DNA from: Planctomycetota bacterium
Lineage (GTDB): Bacteria > Planctomycetota > UBA8108 > UBA1146
Assembly (NCBI GenBank): GCA_036338595.1
Contig: JAYZBV010000016.1
Span: 1 to 27,598 of the forward strand
Length of the DNA stretch: 27,598 nucleotides
Direction of reading: 5' to 3'
Shown here: positions 17,701-26,300 of the stretch, piece after piece
Numbering within the stretch: position 1 is the first letter of the stretch
Layout of the letters: each line of letters begins with the position of its first letter
Translations under genes and position numbers: made by a program
Notes under the pieces: generated by a model
Told to the model about the DNA's origin: nothing
Database searches by the model: none
The model's input: only the letters and a program-made list of their open reading frames with translations

Positions 17701-20700
17701 CAGGATCCTGCGGAGCGGTACACTCCTGGGCCGCACCAGTCGCGACCGACAACTGTGGTGCTCCCCTTGTGAGTATTTCTCACAACTCTGGCGAACTATT
17801 CCCCATCGGCACAACGAATGTCACCATCAATGTCGATGATGGGCATGGGAACACGCTTGATTTCGCTTTCGACGTGGTCGTCAACGATAATGAGTTACCG
17901 GTGATTTCGGGTGTACCGACCAGTTCAGCACATTCGACCGAAACTGGCATGTGCACCAAGGTTGTCGATTGGCCAATGCCGATTGTTTCCGACAACTGCG
18001 ACAGCGCCACACTGGTTGGAAGTGCCTTCTCAGGGTCTGCTTTCCCGGTCGGTGATACCGAGGTGACCTACACGGCCACTGACATCCACGGGAACATCAA
18101 GATCGAATCCTTCCTCATCTCAGTTTCTGACGATGAACTTCCGACTCTTGATGGTGTTCCAGTAGATATGAGTGCCGATAGCACGCCAGGAATCTGTGGA
18201 ACCGTTGTTGCATGGCCCGAGCCGGTCATTGGCGACAATTGTGGAATCGGTTCATACACGACCACCCATGCGCCGGGTACCACCTTTGAAGTGGGAACCA
18301 CGACCGTCACATACGATCTCTCGGATGTGAACGGAAACAGCGTCACGCAGTCCTTCGCCGTGACGGTACTGGATATCGAGCAACCGCTGATATCCAGCAT
18401 GCCGGCGGACATCTTGCTGGCAAATGAAGCAGGGACCTGCTCTTCAGCGGCGACCTGGGATTTGCCTGTGGCTACAGATAACTGCAATGTCACAACGCTG
18501 GTCTCCGATCGTCAATCTGGTGAGCAATTCGATGTCGGAACCACGACGGTGACATACACCGCCACGGACGCCTCCGGCCTCGAGTCCACAGCTACATTCC
18601 AGGTGATCGTCGAAGATACAGAACTTCCGACCATCGATGGTCTGGCCGCTTCTGTCACCGTGACCAACAGTCCCGGCAGTTGCGATGGCCTGGCATCCTG
18701 GGTTGCTCCGACCAGTTCTGATAACTGTGGATCTCCGACGCTGACTTCCACTCATGAGCCGGGTTGGATCTTCACGGTTGGTGACACCACTGTGACCTAC
18801 ACCGCTACCGACCTTCATGGAAACCAGAGCACTGCTCAGATCCTGGTCACGGTACTCGATGATGAGCTACCCACCATCATGGACGCTCCCATCGAGATCA
18901 GCCTCTCCTCGGAACCTGGCCAGTGTACGGCCCAGGCGCTGTGGACAGAGCCCACCATCGCAGACAACTGCGAAGTTCAACTGGTCGAGACGACACATCC
19001 ATCTGGATCGATTTTCCCCGTCGGTTCGACCACGGTCACCTACACCGCCACGGACATTCACGCTAACAGTTCTCAGCACTCCTTCCTCGTCATCGTCGAG
19101 GATATGGAGCAGCCCCAGATCCTGGATGTTCCTGCAACGGTTCAGCTCGATTCAGAACTGGATCTCTGCTCGGCGATGGCCACATGGGTCGCTCCTACTG
19201 CGGCTGATAACTGTGAAGTTCTCGAGTTGCTGAGTAGCCATACTCCGGGGGATACATTCCCAGTGGGAACGACCACAGTCACTCTGACTGCAACGGACAT
19301 TCATACCAACTCCTCGACGGCCACCTTCGAAGTTGTCGTCTCGGATGCCCAGGCACCACAGATCATCGATTTGCCGGCTGACATCCAGTTGAACGCCGAG
19401 CCGGGCCTTTGCTCTGCGCTGGCGAGCTGGGTCGATCCGACAGGTCAAGACAACTGTGGAGTCCAGGGTCTGAGTACCAGCCATGTTTCAGGGTCGTACT
19501 TCGATGTCGGAACCACAGATGTCGTCTTCACCCTGAGTGATATTCACGGCAATGAAACCCTGGCCACGATTCAAGTCACAGTGACTGATATCGAGGCCCC
19601 TCAGATCATAAATCTGCCAGAACGTGTCACGGTTCCCACCGTGGCGGGTACGTGTGAGGGAACAACCTCATGGATCGACCCTGATACGGCAGACAACTGT
19701 GGTGTTGCCACACTTGAGACCGACATAGCCAGTGGTTCCTCACTGCCTGTCGGTGAGACGGTCGTCACTTACACCGTCACCGATGTGCACGGAAACGCCA
19801 CGAGTCAGAGTTTCATCGTCACGGTGGAGGATCAGGAACTTCCGGTGTTGATCGGAGTGCCCCTGGACCTCGTCATCCCGACCGATGCAGGCTTCTGCAC
19901 CGGCACTGCTCCGTGGCCAGCACCTACTGCGCAGGATAACTGCGGTATCGACACGCTGGTGGCGAGCCATCAGCCTGGCGATGCACTTCCGAAAGGCATT
20001 ACCACCGTTTCCATCACGGCGACGGACATTCACGGAAACATTCAGACGGAATCCTTCCTCGTCACCGTTCATGACGATGAGGAGCCAGTGATCGTGAATA
20101 TTCCGCTCGACATCACCATCACCGCCGAAGCGGGCCTTTGCGGAGCCTCTGTCTCCTGGACACCTCCGACGACCGACGACAATTGCGATGATGAAGTGAT
20201 CCTGACTTCAACACACCAGCCGGGAGATTTCTTCGCGGTTGGTACTACCGAGGTCACCTACACGGCAGCGGACGATGATGACAACACCAGCACCGCTTCG
20301 TTCCTTGTCACCGTCACCGATGACGAGGCGCCGGCACTGTCCGGACTGTCTGCTGACATCAATCTGGCTGCTGAAGCTGGATTGTGCACGGCAGTGGTTA
20401 CCTGGACGGCACCGACGACCAGCGACAACTGCGAGGTGGGTACGCTGACGTCAAGCCATGACCCAGGTGACACCTTCCCGGTTGGTAGCACCGAGGTTTC
20501 CTACACGGTGACCGACATCCATTCCAATGCAACTACAGCCAGTTTCCTTGTCATCATCAGTGACGATGAGGCACCGGAGTTCGTCGGGCTTCCCGATCGA
20601 GTGACCGTGCCGAGCGAGCCTGGCAGCTGCACTGCTGCGGTCTCCTGGTCTGCACCAACAGCGACCGACAATTGCGAGGTTGCCGGCATCACTCTGAGTC

Positions 20701-23234
20701 ACACTTCCGGGGACCAGTTCCCGGTCGGTGATACGGTAGTAGACCTGACGGCTACAGATATCCACGGCAATGAGACGATGACGAGCTTCATCGTCACGGT
20801 GGAGGATCTGGAAAACCCGATGGTGCTTGATACTCCGACTGACATTTCACTTGGAAACGACGCAGGTGCTTGCGGAGCGGTCGCCACCTGGGCGGCAGCT
20901 TCTGCCAGTGATAACTGCGAAGTTCAGTCGTTGACATCGAGTCACGCCAGTGGCGACTTCTTCGATGTTGGCTCGACGATGGTGACATTGACAGCCCTCG
21001 ACATTCACGGCAACTCGTCCTCGACCTCCTTCCTGGTGACCGTCACCGACAGTGAGGATCCGACGATTTCCGGAATGCCCGCTGACATGACCGTCAGCGC
21101 CGAGGCCGGTCTCTGTTCCGGTACCGCCAGCTGGGCGGCTCCGACCAGCAGTGATAACTGTGGCATTGCAGCACTCACTTCGACCCATATGCCGGGCGAT
21201 TCGTTCGCGGTAGGCACCACCGAGGTGACCTACACCACGACAGACATTCACGGCAACGAGAGCTCCTCGAGTTTCCTTGTCACCGTGACTGACGACGAGG
21301 CTCCCAGTATCGACGGGTTGTCTGCGGATATCTCGATCAGCAATGAAGCTGGTCTTTGTTCCGCACAGGTGAGCTGGAATGCTCCCCTGATCACCGATAA
21401 CTGTGGAGTGTCCGGATCTAGTTCGACCAGCTCTTCGGGGGATACATTCCCGGTGGGCACGACAGAGGTGACTTACACAGCTACGGATGTCCATGGCAAC
21501 ATGAACTCGGAGAGCTTCCTCGTCACCGTAACAGATGACGAGTACCCGTTGATCCTTGGATTACCAGCAGACATCTCGGTCTCTAACGACCTTGGACTGT
21601 GCGGAGCGATCGTCAACTGGGACTCTGCTACGACTACAGACAACTGTTCGGTTCAGGTGTTCGAGGAAACTCACTCGCCTGGCGATTACTTCCCGGTCGG
21701 AACGACACCTGTAACCTACGCTTCCACGGATGCTGCGGGTAACCGTACGATCCTGTCCTTCGACATCACGGTGAGTGACACTGAAGATCCTCAGATCTCA
21801 GGGTTGCCCACAGGCATCAGCGTTTCCAACGACACTGGCACCTGTGGCGCTGCAGTGACCTGGGCTGCACCAACGGCCAGTGACAACTGCGGAGCAGTTG
21901 ATCTGGTACTCGATCAAGCCAGTGGCTCGATCTTCCCGGTGGGTGTGACCACGGTGATGGCCACTGCAACAGATGGAGATGGAAACACTTCACAGGATAG
22001 TTTTGATATTGTTGTCAACGACGACGAGTCTCCACAGATTCTCGGCGTACCGGCAAACATCTCGACGACCAATGACAGTGGTCAATGTGGTGCTATCGCA
22101 ACCTGGGCATCGCCTTCCGCAACGGACAATTGTGGATCGGTGAGCCTTCAGGTCTCGCATGATTCCGGTGAACAGTTCCCTGTTGGACTGACCACGGTGA
22201 TGATCCTCGCAACAGATCTGTACGGGAACAGTTCCAGTTCCAGTTTCCAGATCCTTGTCGAAGATGACGAAGCACCACAGGTGCTCGATACTCCTTCTGA
22301 TATCACGCTCAAGAACGATGCTGGACTGTGCAGTGCGTTGGCCTCCTGGAACGCTCCAGGCTCGGCAGACAACTGTGCTGGTCACTCGGTAAGCCTCAGC
22401 CACCAGTCGGGAGATTCCTTCCAGGTGGGTACTACAGAGGTTCTGGTCACTGCCAGCGATGCTGCTGGAAACACCACTACCACCAGCTTCACGGTCACTG
22501 TTCTCGACGAAGAGGTCCCGACCATCGATCCTTCTGCCGATATCACGATCGTTGCTACGGCTGAAAGTTGTAATGCTGAGGTTTCGGTACCTGCTCCTGC
22601 TGCTGCAGATAACTGTCAGGTAGCGACCGTGACCAATGATTACACCGGAACCGCGGACGCCAGTGGCACCTACGAACTCGGAACGACGACATTCACCTGG
22701 ACCGTCACAGATATTCATGGCAACGAGGCCAGCGCAAGCCAGTCAGTAACAGTCACTGTTGACGAAACCGACTGCAATGGCAACGGTCAGCCGGATGTCT
22801 GCGAGATCGCCAGTGGCACTGCACAGGATTGCAACACCAATGGTGTTCCTGACGAGTGTGAACTGGACTGCAACGATAACGGTACCCCTGACGATTGCGA
22901 TATCGCTTCCGGAAGCAGTTCAGATACCAACGGTAATGGCACTCCGGATGAGTGTGAACAGCAGTTCAAGCGTGGTGATGCAAATGCCTCTGGCACGATA
23001 AATGTGACTGACCCGATTTACATTCTCCAGTACGTCATCGGCACTGGTCCGGCGCTGTCCTGCATGGACACTGGTGATTGCAACGACGACGAGTCCCTCG
23101 ACCTGAGCGACGCGATCTACCTGTTGCAGCACTTGTTCCTCTCAAGCACGCCTCCGCCAGCACCGTACGGTAACTGTGGAATCGATCCTGATGGTCAGAG
23201 CATCGGTTGCGATTCTTACCCGACATGTCCCTGA
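14733..23234 (+). CDS. Giant secreted/surface protein: signal peptide, Cys-rich Ca-binding-like repeats, FG-GAP propeller, 24 HYR-like domains, dockerin-like C-terminus
   Basis: 2833-aa ORF with GGAGG at 14719-14723 and a 25-aa signal peptide (VFA|QC). Domain blocks were read directly from the translation. Confidence 0.93.
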   Translation: MKTLPLAFLVLLFGVILGSSSVVFAQCEPGLDCNGNGSADSCDIADNTSNDCDGDGIPDECQISLDPSLDCNQDSILDACEGSLEDLLTVAALGNGFGGSSDMSGDRLAIGAPDGITSGIATGEVYLYRNIGSRWVQDAIIQPPDSTALAEFGWSVAIDGDLLIVGSPGANSGPLSESRGAAYIYRHNGLNWVFEEKLEASNGQVSDEFGISVGISGDRAVVGAWRALVGVTPGSAYIYSHDGTTWTEDQILESNDPNPVKRFGGAVAIDGNTIAISDQRSDLGFLQQVGGVFLYTSISQTSWIFTQKITAQDPQEGSQFGRSLDISGTQIIVGAPIADGADGAGYLFDRTGFVYNQTQKFSQPAFTNAQLGIDVGISDGSVVMGAWRADGQAGHLLIGEADGAGGYTTFTFSPATVLSNDKFGESVAMAGRWVVGASSSSEYASIDRLIGAEDCNQNGIDDPCDIFLATSQDCDLDGVPDSCQIADGSASDCDADGVPDHCQLSNGSEQDCNLNGVIDSCDIASTNSQDCNLNSIPDDCEADCNLNGIEDSCEIADGLAFDCNGNGFLDACDIQFGFAIDCNSNGIPDSCDLTDGTAEDCNGNNALDICEITIGIATDCNGNNQIDQCELDSGLSQDCNLNQVPDICDIAYGLSTDCNGNMLPDECELSSGAQQDCNQNGSIDACELLAGTSPDCDVNGQPDECDIVAGALDCNANAILDICEVNADPNPPVISGLPAEVVVIADLGGCSAVATWDDPIFTDDCGVASNSSTHTSGSTFPVGSTPVSVTATDVSGNVTVHTFNVVVVDDQLPTISSAPANITVDNDPGLCTAIVTWAEPTASDNCQNTTIASDHLSGDAFGVGVTLVTYTVTDDSGNATLHSFEVTVLDVDLPSIIGLPGTVIVNSNPGVCTAQVSWAAPSIDDNCPGSTFTSDHQPGDAFPVGTTLISYTATDANGNQSAASFELTVIDNEMPQVSGIPTSIVLDNDPGSCGAVHSWAAPVATDNCGAPLVSISHNSGELFPIGTTNVTINVDDGHGNTLDFAFDVVVNDNELPVISGVPTSSAHSTETGMCTKVVDWPMPIVSDNCDSATLVGSAFSGSAFPVGDTEVTYTATDIHGNIKIESFLISVSDDELPTLDGVPVDMSADSTPGICGTVVAWPEPVIGDNCGIGSYTTTHAPGTTFEVGTTTVTYDLSDVNGNSVTQSFAVTVLDIEQPLISSMPADILLANEAGTCSSAATWDLPVATDNCNVTTLVSDRQSGEQFDVGTTTVTYTATDASGLESTATFQVIVEDTELPTIDGLAASVTVTNSPGSCDGLASWVAPTSSDNCGSPTLTSTHEPGWIFTVGDTTVTYTATDLHGNQSTAQILVTVLDDELPTIMDAPIEISLSSEPGQCTAQALWTEPTIADNCEVQLVETTHPSGSIFPVGSTTVTYTATDIHANSSQHSFLVIVEDMEQPQILDVPATVQLDSELDLCSAMATWVAPTAADNCEVLELLSSHTPGDTFPVGTTTVTLTATDIHTNSSTATFEVVVSDAQAPQIIDLPADIQLNAEPGLCSALASWVDPTGQDNCGVQGLSTSHVSGSYFDVGTTDVVFTLSDIHGNETLATIQVTVTDIEAPQIINLPERVTVPTVAGTCEGTTSWIDPDTADNCGVATLETDIASGSSLPVGETVVTYTVTDVHGNATSQSFIVTVEDQELPVLIGVPLDLVIPTDAGFCTGTAPWPAPTAQDNCGIDTLVASHQPGDALPKGITTVSITATDIHGNIQTESFLVTVHDDEEPVIVNIPLDITITAEAGLCGASVSWTPPTTDDNCDDEVILTSTHQPGDFFAVGTTEVTYTAADDDDNTSTASFLVTVTDDEAPALSGLSADINLAAEAGLCTAVVTWTAPTTSDNCEVGTLTSSHDPGDTFPVGSTEVSYTVTDIHSNATTASFLVIISDDEAPEFVGLPDRVTVPSEPGSCTAAVSWSAPTATDNCEVAGITLSHTSGDQFPVGDTVVDLTATDIHGNETMTSFIVTVEDLENPMVLDTPTDISLGNDAGACGAVATWAAASASDNCEVQSLTSSHASGDFFDVGSTMVTLTALDIHGNSSSTSFLVTVTDSEDPTISGMPADMTVSAEAGLCSGTASWAAPTSSDNCGIAALTSTHMPGDSFAVGTTEVTYTTTDIHGNESSSSFLVTVTDDEAPSIDGLSADISISNEAGLCSAQVSWNAPLITDNCGVSGSSSTSSSGDTFPVGTTEVTYTATDVHGNMNSESFLVTVTDDEYPLILGLPADISVSNDLGLCGAIVNWDSATTTDNCSVQVFEETHSPGDYFPVGTTPVTYASTDAAGNRTILSFDITVSDTEDPQISGLPTGISVSNDTGTCGAAVTWAAPTASDNCGAVDLVLDQASGSIFPVGVTTVMATATDGDGNTSQDSFDIVVNDDESPQILGVPANISTTNDSGQCGAIATWASPSATDNCGSVSLQVSHDSGEQFPVGLTTVMILATDLYGNSSSSSFQILVEDDEAPQVLDTPSDITLKNDAGLCSALASWNAPGSADNCAGHSVSLSHQSGDSFQVGTTEVLVTASDAAGNTTTTSFTVTVLDEEVPTIDPSADITIVATAESCNAEVSVPAPAAADNCQVATVTNDYTGTADASGTYELGTTTFTWTVTDIHGNEASASQSVTVTVDETDCNGNGQPDVCEIASGTAQDCNTNGVPDECELDCNDNGTPDDCDIASGSSSDTNGNGTPDECEQQFKRGDANASGTINVTDPIYILQYVIGTGPALSCMDTGDCNDDESLDLSDAIYLLQHLFLSSTPPPAPYGNCGIDPDGQSIGCDSYPTCP
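14976..16091 (+). repeat. Seven FG-GAP repeats (integrin-alpha-like beta-propeller) in giant protein 1
   Basis: FGGSS..GAP, FGWSV..GSP, FGISV..GAW, FGGAV..SDQ, FGRSL..GAP, LGIDV..GAW, FGESV..GAS. Most are followed by GxxY[IL]Y/F and a Trp. Confidence 0.88.
16092..16913 (+). repeat. 15 tandem DCNxNGxxDxC[DE] repeats of about 19 aa (thrombospondin-type-3/EF-loop-like)
   Basis: Counted in the translation. Three more copies lie at 14808-14975 and four at 22770-22964. Confidence 0.9.
16914..22760 (+). repeat. 24 tandem HYR-like Ig-fold domains with an 81-aa (243-nt) period
   Basis: Consensus DxExP.I...P.DI.....G.C.A...W..P...DNC......SH.PG..FPVG.T.VTYTATD..GN....F.VTV. Starts verified at 16914, 17157, 19587, 20562 and 22506. 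Repeat 14 has one extra residue, and repeat 24 is divergent. Confidence 0.92.
22965..23231 (+). other. C-terminal dockerin-like (duplicated EF-hand-like) domain
   Basis: FKRGDANASGTINVTDPIYILQY ... GDCNDDESLDLSDAIYLLQHLF followed by PPPAPYGNCGIDP..C....CP, i.e. two GDxNxxxxxxxxDxIY[IL]L units. Confidence 0.8.
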
Positions 23235-23247
23235 AAATAGATAACTC

Positions 23248-23279
23248 CTCACCGGACCCCATTACCCGGGTCCGGTGAG
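23248..23279 (+). terminator. Perfect 12-bp hairpin after giant gene 1 (terminator-like or RNA-stabilising; no U-tract)
   Basis: CTCACCGGACCC (23248-23259) / GGGTCCGGTGAG (23268-23279) with an 8-nt loop. Confidence 0.55.
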
Positions 23280-23380
23280 TCAGTGATTCCCCCTGGTCAG
23301 AAGCAGTTCTGGCCGCTGACAAATGAACGCGAGAACGAACTTCTTCCTCACGAAGTAGTTCTCTCCTTCTTGGAGGCACG

Positions 23381-26300
23381 ATGTCCCCCCGACTCGTCTA
23401 CCTGCTAGCAGTTATTCTGTTCGTATTCATGATCTCTCCAGCCAACCTGATGGCGCAGTGCCAGCCCACCGTGGATTGCAACCAGAACGGTGTGGCTGAC
23501 CAGTGTGACATAGACCTCGGTACCAGTGATGACTGCAATGGGAATCTGGTACCCGATGAATGCGATGTAGCGTTCCTCGTCAGCGAGGATTGCAACCTCG
23601 ATGGGATACCCGACGAGTGCAACCCAGGATTGACCGAATTGATCGGCCTGGGGCTAGCGTTTGGGCAAGGATTCGGTGAATCCATCGACTCAACGCAGGA
23701 GTTTGCCATCATCGGAGCTCCTTACGATGACTTGCTTGGCACTGATACAGGTTCTGCAAACATCTTCAGAAGGTCTGGCACGCTGTGGATCGAAGAGATG
23801 AAGTTGTTCGGGATCGCTTCAACACTCGATGATCGATTCGGAACAGCAGTTGCCGTAGAAGGTGACCTTGTTGCGGTGGGTGCGCCTGGCAAGACCCAAA
23901 ATCGCGGAGCAGTATTTCTGTTTCGTCGAATTGGTATTGGTTGGTGGAATTACGAAGCAACCCTGATGGCATTCGACGCTCAACCTGGATGGATGTTCGG
24001 AAACTCCCTTGATATCCATGAGGGTACCGTCATTGTTGGCGCCCCGATGAACGGATTCGCTGCAGGATCAGGCGCAGCGTACACCTTCTCCGATAATGGC
24101 GGGCAGTGGATGCTCGATCAAAAACTGGAGCACAGCGATGGGCTCTCGGGAGATCAATTCGGAGCAGATCTCAAACGATATGGCCCCAGGATGGCGATCG
24201 GTGCTCCCGGTAGAGACTCGGGGACAGTCGCAAACTCAGGTGCTGTGGTGGTCTTCGAGGAGAGCGCTGGCATCTGGATCGAAAGTGCTCTGAAGACACC
24301 ATCTGCCCCGCAACCATTCGGGCATTTCGGAATCTCCGTTGATCTGGATCAGGATCATCTGCTCGCGGGAGCGCCAGGTGAAGACCTTGAAGCTGGTGCA
24401 GCATACATCTATGACCGCATCGCAAGCATGTGGGTCAACGAGGAGCGATTCACGCCAGATGCTGATGATGCTGGATTGTTTGGTCAGGATGTTGGGCTGA
24501 GCATTCGCACGGCGGTTGTTGGCGCACCCCTTGCAGGATTGTCGCAAGGAACTGTCAGTGTGTACCGTCAGGAGGGTGGAGAATGGATCTACCTGGATGG
24601 TTTTCTTCCTCCAGAATTGCAGGATCCAGGAACCGAATTTGGAAAATCTGTCAGCTGCGAGATCCCATTCTTGCTGGTGGGATGTCCTGGAGAACTGTAC
24701 GGAGAGTCGGTCTGGATCTCCGCATTCACAGATTGCAATCTCAACCTGGAAGATGACGTTTGCGATGTGACTCAGGGACTGGAGCCGGATTGCAATTCGA
24801 ACAGAATTCCTGACTCCTGTGAGATCGCCGATGGAACCAAGCAGGACTGCGATGGAAACGGAGTTCCTGACGAGTGCCAGATCCTCTCCGGTGAACTCAG
24901 CGACTGCAATCTCAATGGAGTGCCAGATGCGTGTGATATCACCCAGGCATTCTCGCTTGATTGCAACCAGGATGCTGTTCCTGACGACTGTCAGGCAGGT
25001 GCAGATCCGTTCAACCCGGTGATCAGCAACTTGCCCGACCCCATCTCGGTGGTCACAGAGCCCGGGCTGTGCGGAGCTACCATCACCTGGGATGCTCCGG
25101 TAGCCACTGACGATTGTGGCATTGCATCCCTTGCCTCGAGTCATCAGCAGGGTGACTTCTTCACGCCTGGTCTGACCATCGTGACCTTCACCGCGACAGA
25201 TGTCTCTGGTAATCAGAGCATTGCCATGTTCACCGTGCTTGTCCACGACGAAGAACTGCCAGGGCTGGATGGCCTCGAGCCACTGGTCAGCGTCCAGGCA
25301 CCGATCGGAAGTTGTGAGGCTTCTGCAAGCTGGACCCTGCCTACTGCGACAGACAACTGTGGGATCTTCTCCACGACGGTGAGTCATCTTCCTGGCTCGA
25401 CCTTCCAGGTGGGTAACACACCTGTGACCTACACGGTCATGGATGTACACGGAAATGTTTCTGAGTTTCCGTTCACTGTTGAAGTCCTTGACAATCATAG
25501 TCCGGAAATCCTCGGGATCTCTGCCGACCTGGCTGTCGTATCGGACCCAGGAACCTGTACAGCGATCGTGAACTGGGCAGAACCAACTCCTCAAGATGAC
25601 TGTGTCATCGCTTCGTTCACTTCAACACATAACAGTGGGGATGCGTTCCCCATCGGTGTCACTGATGTGATGTACTCTGTCAGCGATTCGAGTGGATTGA
25701 CCGCAACTGCTGGATTCAGCATCACTGTCACGGACGATCAGGCTCCAGAGTTCCTCACCGCACCTGCCGCCATTTCACTCGGAAACGACCCGGGAGAATG
25801 TGGTGCCACTGTGGCCTGGGCTCCAGTGACCACATCGGACAACTGCGCCGTCGCAGCGGTGACCAGCAGTCATCAGCCAGGCGACATCTTCGGGATTGGC
25901 ACCACTCTTGTCACCGTGGATGCGCTCGATGTGAACGGCAACAGCGCGGTTCACACCTTCGAGATTACAGTGACCGACACCGAAATGCCGGCGATGACCG
26001 GTGTTCCGGCAAACATCACCTTGAGCAACGATCCAGCGCAGTGCACCGCTACCTACAACTGGAGCTTGCCGGAGTTCTCTGATAACTGTGGAGTTGCCAG
26101 TTTTACTGGAACACATGCTTCCGGTTTCACATTCCCATTGGGAACGACTGCAGTGACCTACACGCTGGTCGACAATGCCGGAAACACTCAGGAGCAGTCC
26201 TTTGATGTAACCGTGAACGACTCCGAGATGCCGACCCTCATCAATATGCCTGTTTCCTTCGCTGTGCCGAATGATCCTGGACAGTGTGGAGCAAATGTCG

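Noticed and set aside
22965..22985. RGD tripeptide in a protein that also has an integrin-like propeller
   Set aside because: The RGD is simply the start of the dockerin-like GDxN calcium loop, and nothing suggests integrin-type recognition.
24236..25594. 452-aa minus-strand ORF, and other long antisense ORFs such as 6040-6843, 11814-12719, 21990-22718 and 25775-26542
   Set aside because: These are antisense shadows of well-supported plus-strand genes with biased codon usage. They show no recognisable motifs.
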